From the NCBI RefSeq assembly GCF_001949145.1, contig NW_019091360.1, forward strand, positions 124,001-188,000: a stretch of 64,000 nucleotides of DNA, written 5' to 3'. Under the pieces are notes generated by a model. The model made no database searches and was not told the origin of the DNA. It worked only from the letters and a program-made list of their open reading frames with translations. This stretch comes from Acanthaster planci. Taxonomy: Eukaryota. The translations under genes and the position numbers were made by a program. This document shows, in pieces, positions 38,770 to 50,935 of this stretch; within the stretch, counting starts at the first letter, position 1; the number at the start of each line of letters is the position of its first letter.

Positions 38770-39134
38770 CTGCAAAATATTGTAATATCAATAATGGTGA
38801 GCGTTTATAGTGTACAATCCAAGAAACTAGATTGCGCCACTGATTACCAATATTGAAGATCACTGAGCTCATAAACATTCCTATAATTATTTCAGCTCCC
38901 TGAGAATTATATGCTGCAAAATCAGTTGAATCTCTACACTTACAGGTACCCATTTTTACCTCCTGAGAGGAGACAGGCTTGCCCAATGTCAAACCTCTTT
39001 GCCCAGTTGCTTCATTCAAACTGACAACCTTTTTTGAGTTAACACCGTATCCACTAGGCTACATGTCCTAAAGAAATGTTTTCCCGGTAGGTTTCAGTAA
39101 ACATCCACTGAAGTTAATAAATGAGCTGAGTTAC

Positions 39135-39272
39135 CACTTTCTGTGCATCAAGGGTGAGTTTGGGCAAGAAGGTTTCACTGTTTGGCTGAAAGGTATGACC
39201 AACAGCAGAGACAGTCAGACACCATGGAGGGCAGAAGGTCTCATCTTGTACCAAACGATAGTCTCGCATGCT
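39135..39272 (-). CDS. CFAP65: CFAP65 exon: SMRDYRLVQDETFCPPWCLTV...DAQKV
   Basis: GT-AG boundaries; CPxWCLTV..GH motif. Confidence 0.92.
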
Positions 39273-39712
39273 CTGCAAATAATGTAACATTAATGTTGAA
39301 CAGCATCCTAGCATTTATGTACACATGAATTATCTGTGAAAAGTAGCAATGAGGGACTTGAATTACTCCACACAGACTGGTGTGACTGGAGGAAAAAAAG
39401 TATTGGAAGGGTAGGCTCTGCCCAAGCTGAAAGAACTTACATGTACATGCAAGTAGGTTTTCTGATTTTTACTTTCAAAAACCTCCACATTACATTTGAG
39501 AATGAACAGTCTTTTCGACACTTTTGGAGGGAGCAATAAAAAAAAAAAATGGCGAGAATAATTCATTTGAAAAAGGCAAATTTCCATATAAATAAATCTA
39601 AAACCTGCTTAACTGTTTCACAAAAACCTTAAATATTAAGTTAGATAAAGTTCCAATGACGTTCAAGTCAACAGTAACACTTTCTTTCAGTAGTTTCAAG
39701 ATCATAACTCAC

Positions 39713-39766
39713 CTTGTAAAATGCGTATCCTTCGAGCTCTACAGCAAAAAATTGATTGGGTGCTCC
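39713..39766 (-). CDS. CFAP65: CFAP65 small exon (54 nt): GAPNQFFAVELEGYAFYK
   Basis: tag|GGA acceptor, AAG|gtgagt donor. Matches PNCLYTVELEAFAIYK. Confidence 0.9.
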
Positions 39767-42700
39767 CTACAATCCAAAAATTAACTGGATATGAGACTTA
39801 GAATCACAGAACATAAAAAGTGTCCCTCACATAAATACATGTGCTTAGTACTTACAATTAAATTCTTTAATTTGGAATTGTCTCACACTCAGCATAATCC
39901 ACAAATGGGTGTGTATATTAACAAAAAGTCTGAAAAAACACCTGTGCTATATTTTGTTTATTCCCTCCATGCATTTCAGCATTAACAAATATAAATTAAA
40001 CAATCAACAAAATACCAGATTAGCTTAAACTTTTGCAGGTGATGAAAAGCCAAGTGTTTATCAAATATTTTGTTGATGACTACACTAGTTTTTCCCTTTC
40101 AAAGCATGAAATGAACAAATGAAAGCCACTACAGAGCAAATTGGATTCGTGAATGCACTGAAGACATAATACATATTGCTTAGTAAAAGTATAACAGAAA
40201 CTAAATTTTCACTTTTTTTGGTTGCCATAAAGATATCAAGATTACAAGGCCCAGCTGCATGAACTGAAGCTACAGAGGTCACAACAATATGGTTTTTCTT
40301 CATCCTCTTTTTGATTTCCCTGGCACTGCACTTTATCTTATACACGTAACTAATTCATATGTAAAGGCTGGCTGTCCTGTAAAGGCCGGGTGCCCTGTAA
40401 CTAAATAACTAACAAGAGACATACATGTAGGCAACCATTATCTCACTTTCAGATCTCTGACAAGCAAAACCAGGGAAGACAGACTGCAGGGGTTGAAATT
40501 GTTTTTCATGGTAACCAGGAGAATCAGCACTTTGATAAATCTACTTATCCTACTGATAGTTCGATGGTCTTAACATGTCGGCTGCCGCTTATAATTTCAA
40601 AGGGGCATTCCCATTTGCAAAGTGTTGTACGCATCTGCATGTATTTAACAGGCGCCTTTCCGGTGTCTATTTGAACATGAGCATTTTACAAATGTACATC
40701 CTCAACAATGCCAGAAGCACATTTGTTGTGTTTTTTGGTGATGCCAGTGTATTTAATTTATATTACATGTACAGTAGCCTTTCATTTCCTACGAGTCTAC
40801 TCATAGAAGCAGGATCCAGTATCCATGTGACTACAGGTATACTTGTAGGTGGCAGTCAACGTATTAACTTAATTCTAGACCAAAATCTGTGCTCCCAGAA
40901 ACAAATGATGATTTAGGACCATCCTTGTCCTTAGAAAACTTGATACACCAACTACATACTCAGCGCATTCCATGGTTACTCTCATCATATTCCAGCCAGT
41001 CCCATATCTCTCATCAAGGAAGGTTAGAAATGTTGTGGCATGTCTTTGTCATAAATTGTTTCTTTGCTCAAGGGAAATTACACCTTTCAGAAAAATGGCC
41101 ACATGCTTGCAAATCTACCAAACCATTGGTTATAGTGTGCTTGTCCTGAGGAAAATTTGGCTTCAACACGCATTTTCAGCAACTTTATTTTGTGTGCAGT
41201 TTGTTAGGGTACTGATGCTGAAGGTTGTGCAAATGTAAAAATTATGAATGGAAGTGTGAAAAACAAGTTCAACATACACTGGCTGGAATAAAAAAGTGAT
41301 GGATGTTTCATTGTTGACTAACGTACTTATGCTTTTGGCTAAAGGGATCAATGTAAAGCATGCACAGTGCATCGTATGCCATCAGACTGTACATAACATT
41401 GTCAAGTCCCCTAACATTGTGCACAAGAATTCAGTTGAGTGTTCCCTGAGCATGCCCAAATAAACGTGGAAGAAATTCTTTGAAGTTGATAAATTCTCTG
41501 TAATTATTACTACCTCCACTTACCCAACTACCAGTTTGTTAGAAGATTCTTTTTGCATTTTGGGTGCATTTTTCGGGAGTTCGTTTTGGACTTCAGAAAA
41601 AATAGAAAAATCAAGCCAAAATAGAAATAGACATTATTGTAAAATTGAGATTTTTAAATCAGAGTGTTGGGAGTTTCCGATTTCACTTATAACAAAATTC
41701 GAGGTCAGAACATTGCTCCAGCAAGGCACACAAGGTGAAAAATCAGAGTGCACCACATCAGGGTACATCAACATATCCTTTTGCAAGTAAGTCATCACCA
41801 ACCACTCAAGAAAGCCAAGACAAGAGTTCACATTTTTGCAAGCAAAATGGAGGCCAGATTTTTTTCAACAGTACAATTCAGTTCATAGAAAAAAGAGGCA
41901 GGATCCTCGGGTGTATCTAGCCATTGATGTTCATTAAGTGCAGCTGTTTTAGGCAGGATCCCGTGAGCAGGTATTTTACCCCTATTTTAGGTACTTTATG
42001 CGTGCTTTACCTACTTTAAAAATTTTCTGGCCCTAGACTGAGAACCCACTTGCTCTGAAAACTCTCTGAAAGACCAATGTTTTATTTTTTTCTTTTAGAT
42101 GGATATTCAGCGATTTCATGCAGTTCTATTGTGAGAAAGAAACTGCCACAAAAATTAGGTAATTACTAAGCAAATATTGAATAGCAGTTCTTCATTTGCA
42201 AACATTTTGAGGAAATCAAGCACTGATCTTAGGTAAATAAAACTTACAGTAATTGGTAAGGAACCTGGGTGAGAATATTGTCTATTGGTACTTTAAACAA
42301 ATGGCAAAACAGAGAAAGCTCTACAGGAAACTGGAAATCTGAATTTAAAAAAAAATGCTCATTTAACGTGATTCAGTACTTTTTAAGAGAAACTTCAATC
42401 CATTTTGGATTGTGCAGAGTTTTTGATGGTTCTTCAGATCTGAAAACATTATTTTAGCCTATTCAGAACTTAAATTAAAACTTTTAAATTCATTACAACC
42501 TACACTAATGACACATGCTTACATGGTTGTAATCCCATACAAGTCATTCAATGCAAGCTAAATTAACTGTGACCTGAATAAATACTTGATACCTATTACC
42601 AGTGGTGTGAATTGTGTTCGAAATGCACTTGCACAGCTATGGCAATTTGAAAAGTGTGGGGTGAGGGAGGTTGGCTGTCACCATGACACTACATAGGGAG

Positions 42701-43042
42701 CGGTTTCATGATACAGATGTACATGTACATCAGTAATATGTATTATATTCCAACAGAACCTCACACCATGCACACTTGGGCAACATATTTATGGGTTTTT
42801 ATTGTTCTCTTTCTGAGTGCTATTGAATACATGATAGTTGTTGGGAAGTTCAACAAATTCTTAACAATCCCCCTTAATTTTTTTTCTCACTACAAAAAAA
42901 GTTGGGGGATGATTCCAAAGCCCACCCCCCTCAAAAAAAAAGAAGAAATAAATAAGAAAATGAAAAAATGGGGAAGATGTACTCCCCAGATTTACACAAA
43001 TGCCCATTACAAGAAATGAAATAAACAGAAGTGGGTCCTTAC

Positions 43043-43261
43043 TGGTTTGAAGGATATCCTGAAAGATGTCATCTTGAGGGGTGGGATATCACATGTGATG
43101 GGTGTGACTGAAAAGACGTTGGAAACATCTGTCATCCATGTCACTGTCATCTTGCCCTTGGTGTGGTTGGTGACATTCACAGTCTTGGACTCTATGTGAC
43201 CCAGATTTAGGCACTGGCCAAAGTCGACTTGGACGGAATCAACACCAACATGAAGTGTTTT
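43043..43261 (-). CDS. CFAP65: CFAP65 exon: KTLHVGVDSVQVDFGQC...NHTKGKMTVTW...CDIPPLK...FKP
   Basis: GT-AG boundaries; VDFG, NHTKGK and CD.PPLK motifs (ASH/MSP-like Ig repeat). Confidence 0.93.
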
Positions 43262-45805
43262 CTATCAATAACATTTTAAGGAGAAAATACACAATTGTTG
43301 AAACAATCACCCAAATTTCTAATGAACATTTAATGCAAGGTTGCAAGGTAAAAGTACCTCAGGGTTCTTCTCAAATCTCATTTAACAACATATGAATATC
43401 ATTTAAAATGGTCAATGAACCAGATGATTTCAAACAGATTATGACAATTTGGGGAGAATACTGTGGCAGGTTGTTTCCCTGCACCTAAACTAAGTTTGAG
43501 GGGTCAAGTCTGAAACCAGTTGGAGTCTTGACTCTAGCCTAAACTCAGGTTCCTCCTCAGTCCAGAGATCACTCAGAGTGACCTAAAGGTTAAGGGAGCA
43601 GATCCGTTTTGGTGGAAATACATGTATACTGCTGATTATGATGACCATGATGCTCTCTGCAATTTGGTGATACACAACAAAAGGACACCTGACAATTAGA
43701 TGCCGGTAACCTCAAACAACAATGAGATTTTTGAACATTCAACAAACAATTAATTGATTAAGTGGTTAGGGATAATTTGTTACAACCTTTTACAAGCTTT
43801 ATTACAACCTCTATTGCTCTGCGTGGTCTTGAGGAGAGGCTACAAGCAATACACAGCTAATATTGCACTCCGTCATGCCAAATAGCAATGCACTGACTAA
43901 TTTTGCCTTAATGCAACATTGCTTTGTGCAATGCACAGTTCCCTTTGAATTGTATTTTTACTATTTTCTTTCTTCTTTATGGTACACCCTAAACCACTTT
44001 TTTTTTTTGCTGTTGGAGTTTCAACTTGATTTAGCCTGCACCATTAACACCTGTGCTTTCATAGAGAGTGAGATCCCCTGCTTGAAAGTGGAGTGACCCT
44101 TGATGGGGTGGTGCTCTGGTCTGGGTGGTGTGGTCCAGCATGCTTAAATGCTGTACCATCTACTACCTATTCCAATCACCTCTTCTGTGTTCTCTCTTTT
44201 TCAGCCTGCCAGAATTACATATGCACTACACTAGTAATGCAATCCTCATTATTATGCACAGACAAACTTAAGAAAGTTCATACACTCTCTGCTAAAATAA
44301 AAAAAAACAACATTACAGGATTAAATATTCAACTACGGATGGGGATCATACTTACCGTCTGTCTGAACAAAGGTAGGGCAAAAGATGCAGGAAGGTGTGT
44401 GAATAACTTGCGACAAGTCAATTTTCCTTATTAATATTAGTATCAAAGTAATAGTAATTTTGCATACATATTGCAATTGTGCATTCTCTTTTTGAAAAAA
44501 TTCATCAAAATAGATCTGACCTTATCTTTAATTGGGCAGATTAGAACCTAATGGTTTTTAAGCACTATTTGTATATTGTCAAGTATTCTTACCTCTATCA
44601 GACGGAACACATCCTTTTCAACAGGATACAACACAAGGGGGGTTTACAGTACTCAAAATACAAGTACATAAAGTATTTTCTTCAAGAGATAAAGCAAAAT
44701 GCAATGCCACATGCCATTTTTCAAAACTTCTAAGTCTGTTCATTCTCTCACCTTTCTTTTAGTGCCTTTTTTAAAACAGCACATTTCCAGCACCGCACTG
44801 GTAACACACGTTTATTATGTCTAGACACGGGCTGTGACTGGATGGTCAGCATTTGAGCGGTGCACGAATACTGCGATTGCGCAGGTGGCAGCAGCCAGGC
44901 TGTAGCCATGGCATGCACAAAGCTTGCTTCAGTGTGGTCACGTAGCCACCATAAAGAATCAAAGATTGGACTGCAAGCGTGTGGGCTACATTTGGGCCTC
45001 AATAACAATCAGGCTTGCTTGAAAGCCAGGATTTACTGTGGCTGTGGTTGTGACAAATTGATTACAAAGGCACTGGCAGTAAGTACACTCATATCTTCAT
45101 GCAAAAAGGAGAAGTGCGGTTTGCACAAAGGACCCATAATTTCAGCATAATATTCTTTTTCCACTCATTGTCAATGATTTGGTGGTGGCCTTTAAAAAAC
45201 TTTGAGTTAAGTGGAATTATTTTGTATATAAAAGCCTTTTCTTTTGGGGGAACAAAGAATGTCTTCAAGATAAGTGGAGATTCGAGTCAACCAACTTTGA
45301 GTTATCGAGAGTTAACTGTACATAAGCATTATCCTGTCACCACTTACAATCTGTTACCAAATTACCGTGGGAATTAATACTTCCCATTAACTATTAGGTG
45401 GTTAGGATTACAGGTCGTTCATGTATGTCAAAAAAGCTGACATTCAAGACTTCAACTCATTCATTCAACTCTGGCTAAGTTGGAAGATGGGCACAGTCAT
45501 CAGTGCTCTCAGGAAATAAGAATCCCCAAAGTTCATTATTTTCTAATGTCTCATATTTTGTAGAACCTACCATAGCTAATTAACAATGGCTTTCAGATAT
45601 TTATTGTTTCAATTTTGGCTGAAATTTTCTGGGTCCGAGAATTCTATTTCCATGCAATTCCTATTTCCATGTTGGTGATCAGATGTCAGAATCACACACC
45701 ATTGTGGAACTATTCATTGTAGATCCACACAAGCAGAAAATTAGGAACAAATAAAAAAAAAGAAGGGTTATCAAAGAATCAAAAACAACTATTCAGTTAA
45801 CTTAC

Positions 45806-45964
45806 ACTTGTTGATCCATAGCAACCATCACTGAAACATTCTGCCATTGCTGGTTCAGGATCTTCTTGATTGAGGTAGGTTTCAACTGATTCTGCTTCTT
45901 GGTGTATAAGACAGCCCTTGTCATCCAGCTGTAATTTACCTTCCTTCAGAATCTCATTTAATTG
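45806..45964 (-). CDS. CFAP65: CFAP65 exon: QLNEILKEGKLQLDDKGCL...YGSTS
   Basis: gtacag acceptor, AGT|gtaagt donor. Matches LKEKKLAQDQNGAL..EFFFDG. Confidence 0.88.
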
Positions 45965-46074
45965 CTGTACAAAGACAATCAAGAAAATGTCCCCAAAACA
46001 TTCTACCCATATCTCTTTCATCAGTTACAATACATGGATATTAAAATGAAATTTCATATTGTTGTGCAGACTCA

Positions 46075-47117
46075 CAGCGCGTTCCCACTTGAATTGGGAA
46101 AAGGTGGATCTTGATCCAGCGTTTTGGTGTGATCGTTATCTTACCACAACGAAACCGCAAGTCGCGTTCCCACTAGCGCTTGATCCACCTTTTCAGACGG
46201 AAATGTTACTGAGTTCGGTATTGAGCATGTGCTAGCTTGCTAGCGTGCGCTCTGTGGCAGTGTGGCGTGCTGAGGCGGCATGCCTGTGACCCTGTGGTGT
46301 TTTGGGTGCGGAGTTCTACTGACATGACGACCTTGAATGGGACCGAATGTTCAGCCTAGTACATTGTCTCTTCAAACTTTGCTTCCGTTTTTGATACTCT
46401 GTCACATGGTGCGGGCTATACACTAACAAGGAATTAGTTTTTGATGGAAAGCAAGTGAAATTACACAAACGAAAAAGGTTAGAAACGGACGAATGTGCAA
46501 CGAAAATTGTGAAAGGGCAAGGCACACCTCACAGCTTGTATGCATTGCGCATGCGTGGTGACACATTTTGCTAGCCCGTAGTTCAGCGGTTGTTAATTAT
46601 GCATGCAGTGCTCGCTAAAAATTTCACATGAGCTACATGCCAAAAAACATATTTCTTTGTTCATCAGACCGCAAAAGTTTCGCACCACTCGTGCGCGGAC
46701 GGATGTTGACAGGTCAAATTGCCGGATCAGATCCACTTTTTGCATTCCCATCTGATCGTAATCCGCCAATTGCAGGATCAGATCCACCAATTGGGGGATC
46801 TGTATCCTGCTCCAGAGGAGCATCAAGAAAGGTGGATCTGATCCTGATCCACCTTGTAACGGTTAGCGTTCCCACTACACACAATTGCCGGATCTGATCC
46901 ACCAATTAGCGGATCTGATCCACCAATTGGGGGATCTGTATCCTGCTCCAGAGGAGGATCAAGAAAGGTGGATCTGATCCTGATCCACCTTATAATGGTT
47001 AGCGTTCCCACTACACACAATTGCCGGATCTGATCCACCAATTGGGGGATCTGATCCGGCAATTTGGCAAAAAGTGGATCAGATCCTCAAATTGGTGGAT
47101 CAAGTGGGAACGGGCTG
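46075..47117. mobile_element. Non-autonomous DNA transposon, PIF/Harbinger-like MITE
   Basis: 18-bp TIRs CAGCGCGTTCCCACTTGA and TCAAGTGGGAACGGGCTG (one mismatch). Internal GCGTTCCCACT copies, GGATCTGATCC arrays and a 136-bp duplication (46781/46917). Superfamily inferred from TIR style only. Confidence 0.75.
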
Positions 47118-47448
47118 CAAAATGCTCTTCAGGCAACTTGCAAGGATTATAATTCAAGTGGATATCTTTACAATGAAGGCAAGATTGTGCCACAACATAT
47201 CACCTTTATCAGGTACAGTTACTCTGAATAGCTCAATATTAATGATGTCACGCCTTGTTTACATGTCTTCTTTCCAATGGTAGAGAGGTGGGGCATGATC
47301 CCTTCAGCCCCCATAGGAAAGTGCATATGTAAACCAAGCATGATGTCATTACATTTTAGGTCTGATCATATAAACACATTCATAAAATTGTTTCTCAAGA
47401 ATAGCTGACATGAAATTACCTCTGACTGCATAGTTCTGTTTTCTTCGG

Positions 47449-48081
47449 AAATCCTCCCCAACAGTAGTGAGGAAGTCTGCTAGGGAATACCTACCTGAAC
47501 AGTTGCTACTTTAGCAAATTTCCTTTCATGGCTTTTACAATATGCTAAAAAACCTGATCAACTTTAAAGCATCCTCTAGTGCTATGATGCAGCCTTTTTT
47601 GGAATGCAAGGTCTGAAAGCCAGAGTTGGGAGGATGGGCAGGCACTGACTGTTTGGGTAGGTATTCCCAAGCCGACTCTCCCACACTACTGTGGGGGAGG
47701 AGTCCACTGGGCTCATCCTACCCAAACAGTCACCACCATACCCTGGAGGGTTGGCGAAGATGCACTGAATGAGAAAGAAATGTGATTAGTGTCTAGTATG
47801 GCCAAAAGAATCAGAAAAAGGGGGAGTGTTAAAACTCACAGAAAAAAAAGAGGAAGCCATCAGGTACATCTGGAGGTGTCCCACCCCAGTGAGGGTTCTC
47901 AAGGTCTAGGAGCAGAGGACAGGATTGTCTTGCCATGGGAACAGTACCTTTACGAGACATTAATCAGGTAGCATGAGGTGAAAGTTGAGGATGTTTTCTA
48001 ACATGTCATCCTGCATATGTTCTCCATCGGGATGTCCCCGGAAGTGTGCCCAAAGGTAGATACTACACTGATGTTGTAAGC
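47449..48081 (-). mobile_element. DIRS1-type 3' end (recombinase C-terminus plus ICR/ITR structure)
   Basis: Minus strand reads VSTFGHTSGDIPMENICRMTC*KTSSTFTSCYL (recombinase tail). Inverted arms at 47449-47504 and 47649-47702 plus a direct repeat at 47717-47730, the same layout as 62211-62535. Confidence 0.75.
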
Positions 48082-48161
48082 NNNNNNNNNNNNNNNNNNN
48101 NNNNNNNNNNNNNNNNNNNNNNNNNNNNNNNNNNNNNNNNNNNNNNNNNNNNNNNNNNNNN
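48082..48161. other. Assembly gap (N run)
   Basis: Run of N. Confidence 1.
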
Positions 48162-48236
48162 TCAGGTGGGACTCGAACCCACGACCTCCTGCTTACTAAT
48201 GCAGATGTCTTAACCACTCAACCACCAAGCTTGCCG
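48162..48236 (-). repeat. Second locus of the tRNA-Thr-derived repeat, abutting the gap
   Basis: Near-identical to 33388-33462. Confidence 0.9.
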
Positions 48237-48476
48237 GGCTGCATTGTAGCACTAGAGGGCGCACTACACTAAATCAGTTTTTTTGCAAATGGTGAAAGGT
48301 TCGAAAGCATATTTGTTTAAGTGGCAACTATTTAAGGATGAGTGTAGTGGACCATGGAATATATGCAAAGCAGTGAGAACCTCTCATGTCTCTTGAGTTA
48401 CTCTCCTCTAGAGCATACACAATGACTTTGAGCTACTACCTTGACTTAATGTGCGGTCTGTTCTACAGAGCATTAC

Positions 48477-48605
48477 CTCAGGAGGGAAGACAGTAAAGCC
48501 ACGAGTCAGATGTACCCTGAAACGGGTCAGATGCTCTGGCTGCAATACAGCTGGCTTGACAAGCTCCGTATGGCATGTCCCTATCAAATCCAGAAACAAG
48601 GCATC
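48477..48605 (-). CDS. CFAP65: CFAP65 exon: DALFLDLIGTCHTELVKPAVLQPEHL...RGFTVFPPE
   Basis: GT-AG boundaries. Matches DPLFLDLMGTCH..KPAIL...RGLTLYPPD. Confidence 0.94.
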
Positions 48606-50480
48606 CTGTGCAAAAATAAATTGTATCACTTTATACTGAAACTCGAATGAATGTACACTGTTTCTTACAAAAATGGTTTAGTTTATGCCACAGCCACATG
48701 CTGTTTGAATCTTTTTTCAGCTATTCATCAGCTGCCTGATCCTAAAGTTTGGGCACCACAATTTCCAATATGTAAAGTTCATCCATGTGCAGGGATAAAA
48801 AATTTCAGAAACTGCACAACACTAAAAAGTTAGAAATTGAAACAACCATTTTACGAGCCCATAGCAAAACAAGTAGCCATACACTTGTATGCTTGTGTGG
48901 AAAGCTGCCATAGCAAAAAAGAAAAACCACCCTCTTTTTCTGCAAATTTGGCATTTTTTTTGTTTATTTTACTTTCCTTTTTCATAGAAATTGGAACATT
49001 CCAATTTATTGCAGTCTGAAAACTTAAAAATTTGAACAGTCCCGATTGAATCGGAACAGTTGCCAGGTATAAAAGTGCTCCGAGAACAAGTCTTCCATAT
49101 TGACTAATGGAGCATAACAAATGTCTGTATTTACTTAACAGTCATGATTGGGTCCATTCATAAAACTGGAAATGGTGTATTTATTGTTTGTTTTTTGGTT
49201 GGGGTAAAAATTAAATTTATAAGACTCAGTTACTTTTTCGGAAACATTTACTCTAAATGCACCAGGTGTTTATGGGTGGATGACTACTGTCGGTATCATT
49301 CCAAAGACTGGACGTTGCTGATGTTGAGAGGATGTGTTATTATTTCACATTTAATACATACCACAGTAGATAAAAACATTTTAAAAATCCCAGTCATGCA
49401 TGACCTAAGAGCTCCAAACAAACAAGGGGCAAAGTATTGTATCGATATTGATGATAAGTCAAGAACTGGCACTGTGATGGGTGGAGATGCCACAATGTCA
49501 CATTTGGTGTGCTTAGCCTGTGAAATCCATTTGTGTGGGGAGTTTAGGCATGTTTTCACTATTGTGTGAATAGAATGGGAGAGGGGACATTTATAGCACA
49601 ACATTTTCATGGTGCACTCTTCAGCGATCACTTCAATATTTCACATACACAATGTACACATACGAACTTAAATCAAGCCAAAGTTTTTGCTAAAAATGTC
49701 TGTACGTAGTCTAACTGAACCAGAACTAAACAGAAATCATATTTTTAACTCCATTTAAAGAACACACTTGAAGTACGAACCTTGCCATCTGCCGATATTT
49801 TATCATCCAAATTTTAAAAAGATAATAAAAACACTAGCTTTGTGACTTTTTATCAATGAATTTTATCATGAATGGTTGCATAAACTGTCCTATTTCAAAA
49901 CAACTGACCAAGTCTTATAGCTAGCCCAGCGAATCCAGGTCTCGGCAATACCAGGCTCACAAAGTCTACAGACCTGTAGCATAATGGCATAATGCTTGGT
50001 TTACAAATGAGCTTTCTTATGGCAGTAAGGTGGGACTAGGATTCATGGAGCTCACATAGGAAAGTTCAAACATTAACAAAGCATGACGTCATTGTGTTTT
50101 AGGTTTGTAAACCACTTCATACCGGGAAGCCGTGTTTTGGGTTCGTTTTCTTTTTATCTAATGCCAGGTTGCCAAAATCGGACAAAAGAGCTGGGCTTTG
50201 TAACAAAAGACCGTACTCGGAACAAAAGACATCTTTCCAGTTGTCAATAGTGAGGGAAATCTGTCATTGTTTTGAAAGATTATACCACTGTGGTTACACA
50301 ACAGTCAGACGACCTGAAATCAAATAAGACCACTCTGCCATTTCCAGTTTGTTAGGGATCTGGATCACCATCACTGATCCCAAAGCTGGTTTACATTATC
50401 CATTAGACAGTTTTGGTGTCAGTGAACCAACTTAGGATCACTGATCTGCATGAAACAACACGCCCTAGTACTTAACTTAC

Positions 50481-50630
50481 CTGGTTCTGCACAACACAAG
50501 TGACCCTGCGATAGTAATTAATGGGATGGGTCGGCTTGAAGTGAACACTGATGGTCTGAGTAGTGTTTGCTTCAATCTTGCCACAGTGAACACTAAACTT
50601 GAATGCACTCCCGTTACTGTCAATCATGAA
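50481..50630 (-). CDS. CFAP65: CFAP65 exon: FMIDSNGSAF...FKPTHPINYYRRVTCVVQNQ
   Basis: GT-AG boundaries. Matches FQPTHPIICFRRVACLIHHQ. Confidence 0.93.
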
Positions 50631-50774
50631 CTGCATACATAAAAATAATGAGCATCAACTACATTTTTTTTCTCTCAGATGAGACAATCTAATGTGCACC
50701 TTGTTAGAACCCTACACAAAGTGCACACTTCTTGATCATATTTTCTCTGCACTACATAAACTAACTGTACATTC

Positions 50775-50935
50775 TGGGGAGCCAGCTCGGCATACTCTCC
50801 AAACCTTCACCTCCGTGGCCCACGTTTGAATCCCACGTAGGTTCACGGAAGGATTGGGTTTTCAGTCTCTGCCGGATTCCAAGGGTATTATCCTAAACAT
50901 TATTCCAGGGTTTTCCTCCCATTCACCCCCCCCAA
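50775..50935 (+). mobile_element. Degenerate tRNA-derived SINE-like fragment
   Basis: B-box-like GTTTGAATCCC followed by a GGATTGGGTTTTCAGTC...GGGTTTTCCTCCCA body. Confidence 0.4.

Noticed and set aside
46655..46690. Hammerhead-like cores on the minus strand (CGAAAC..GTCTGATGA)
   Set aside because: The order and spacing leave no stem I, and no stem II forms.
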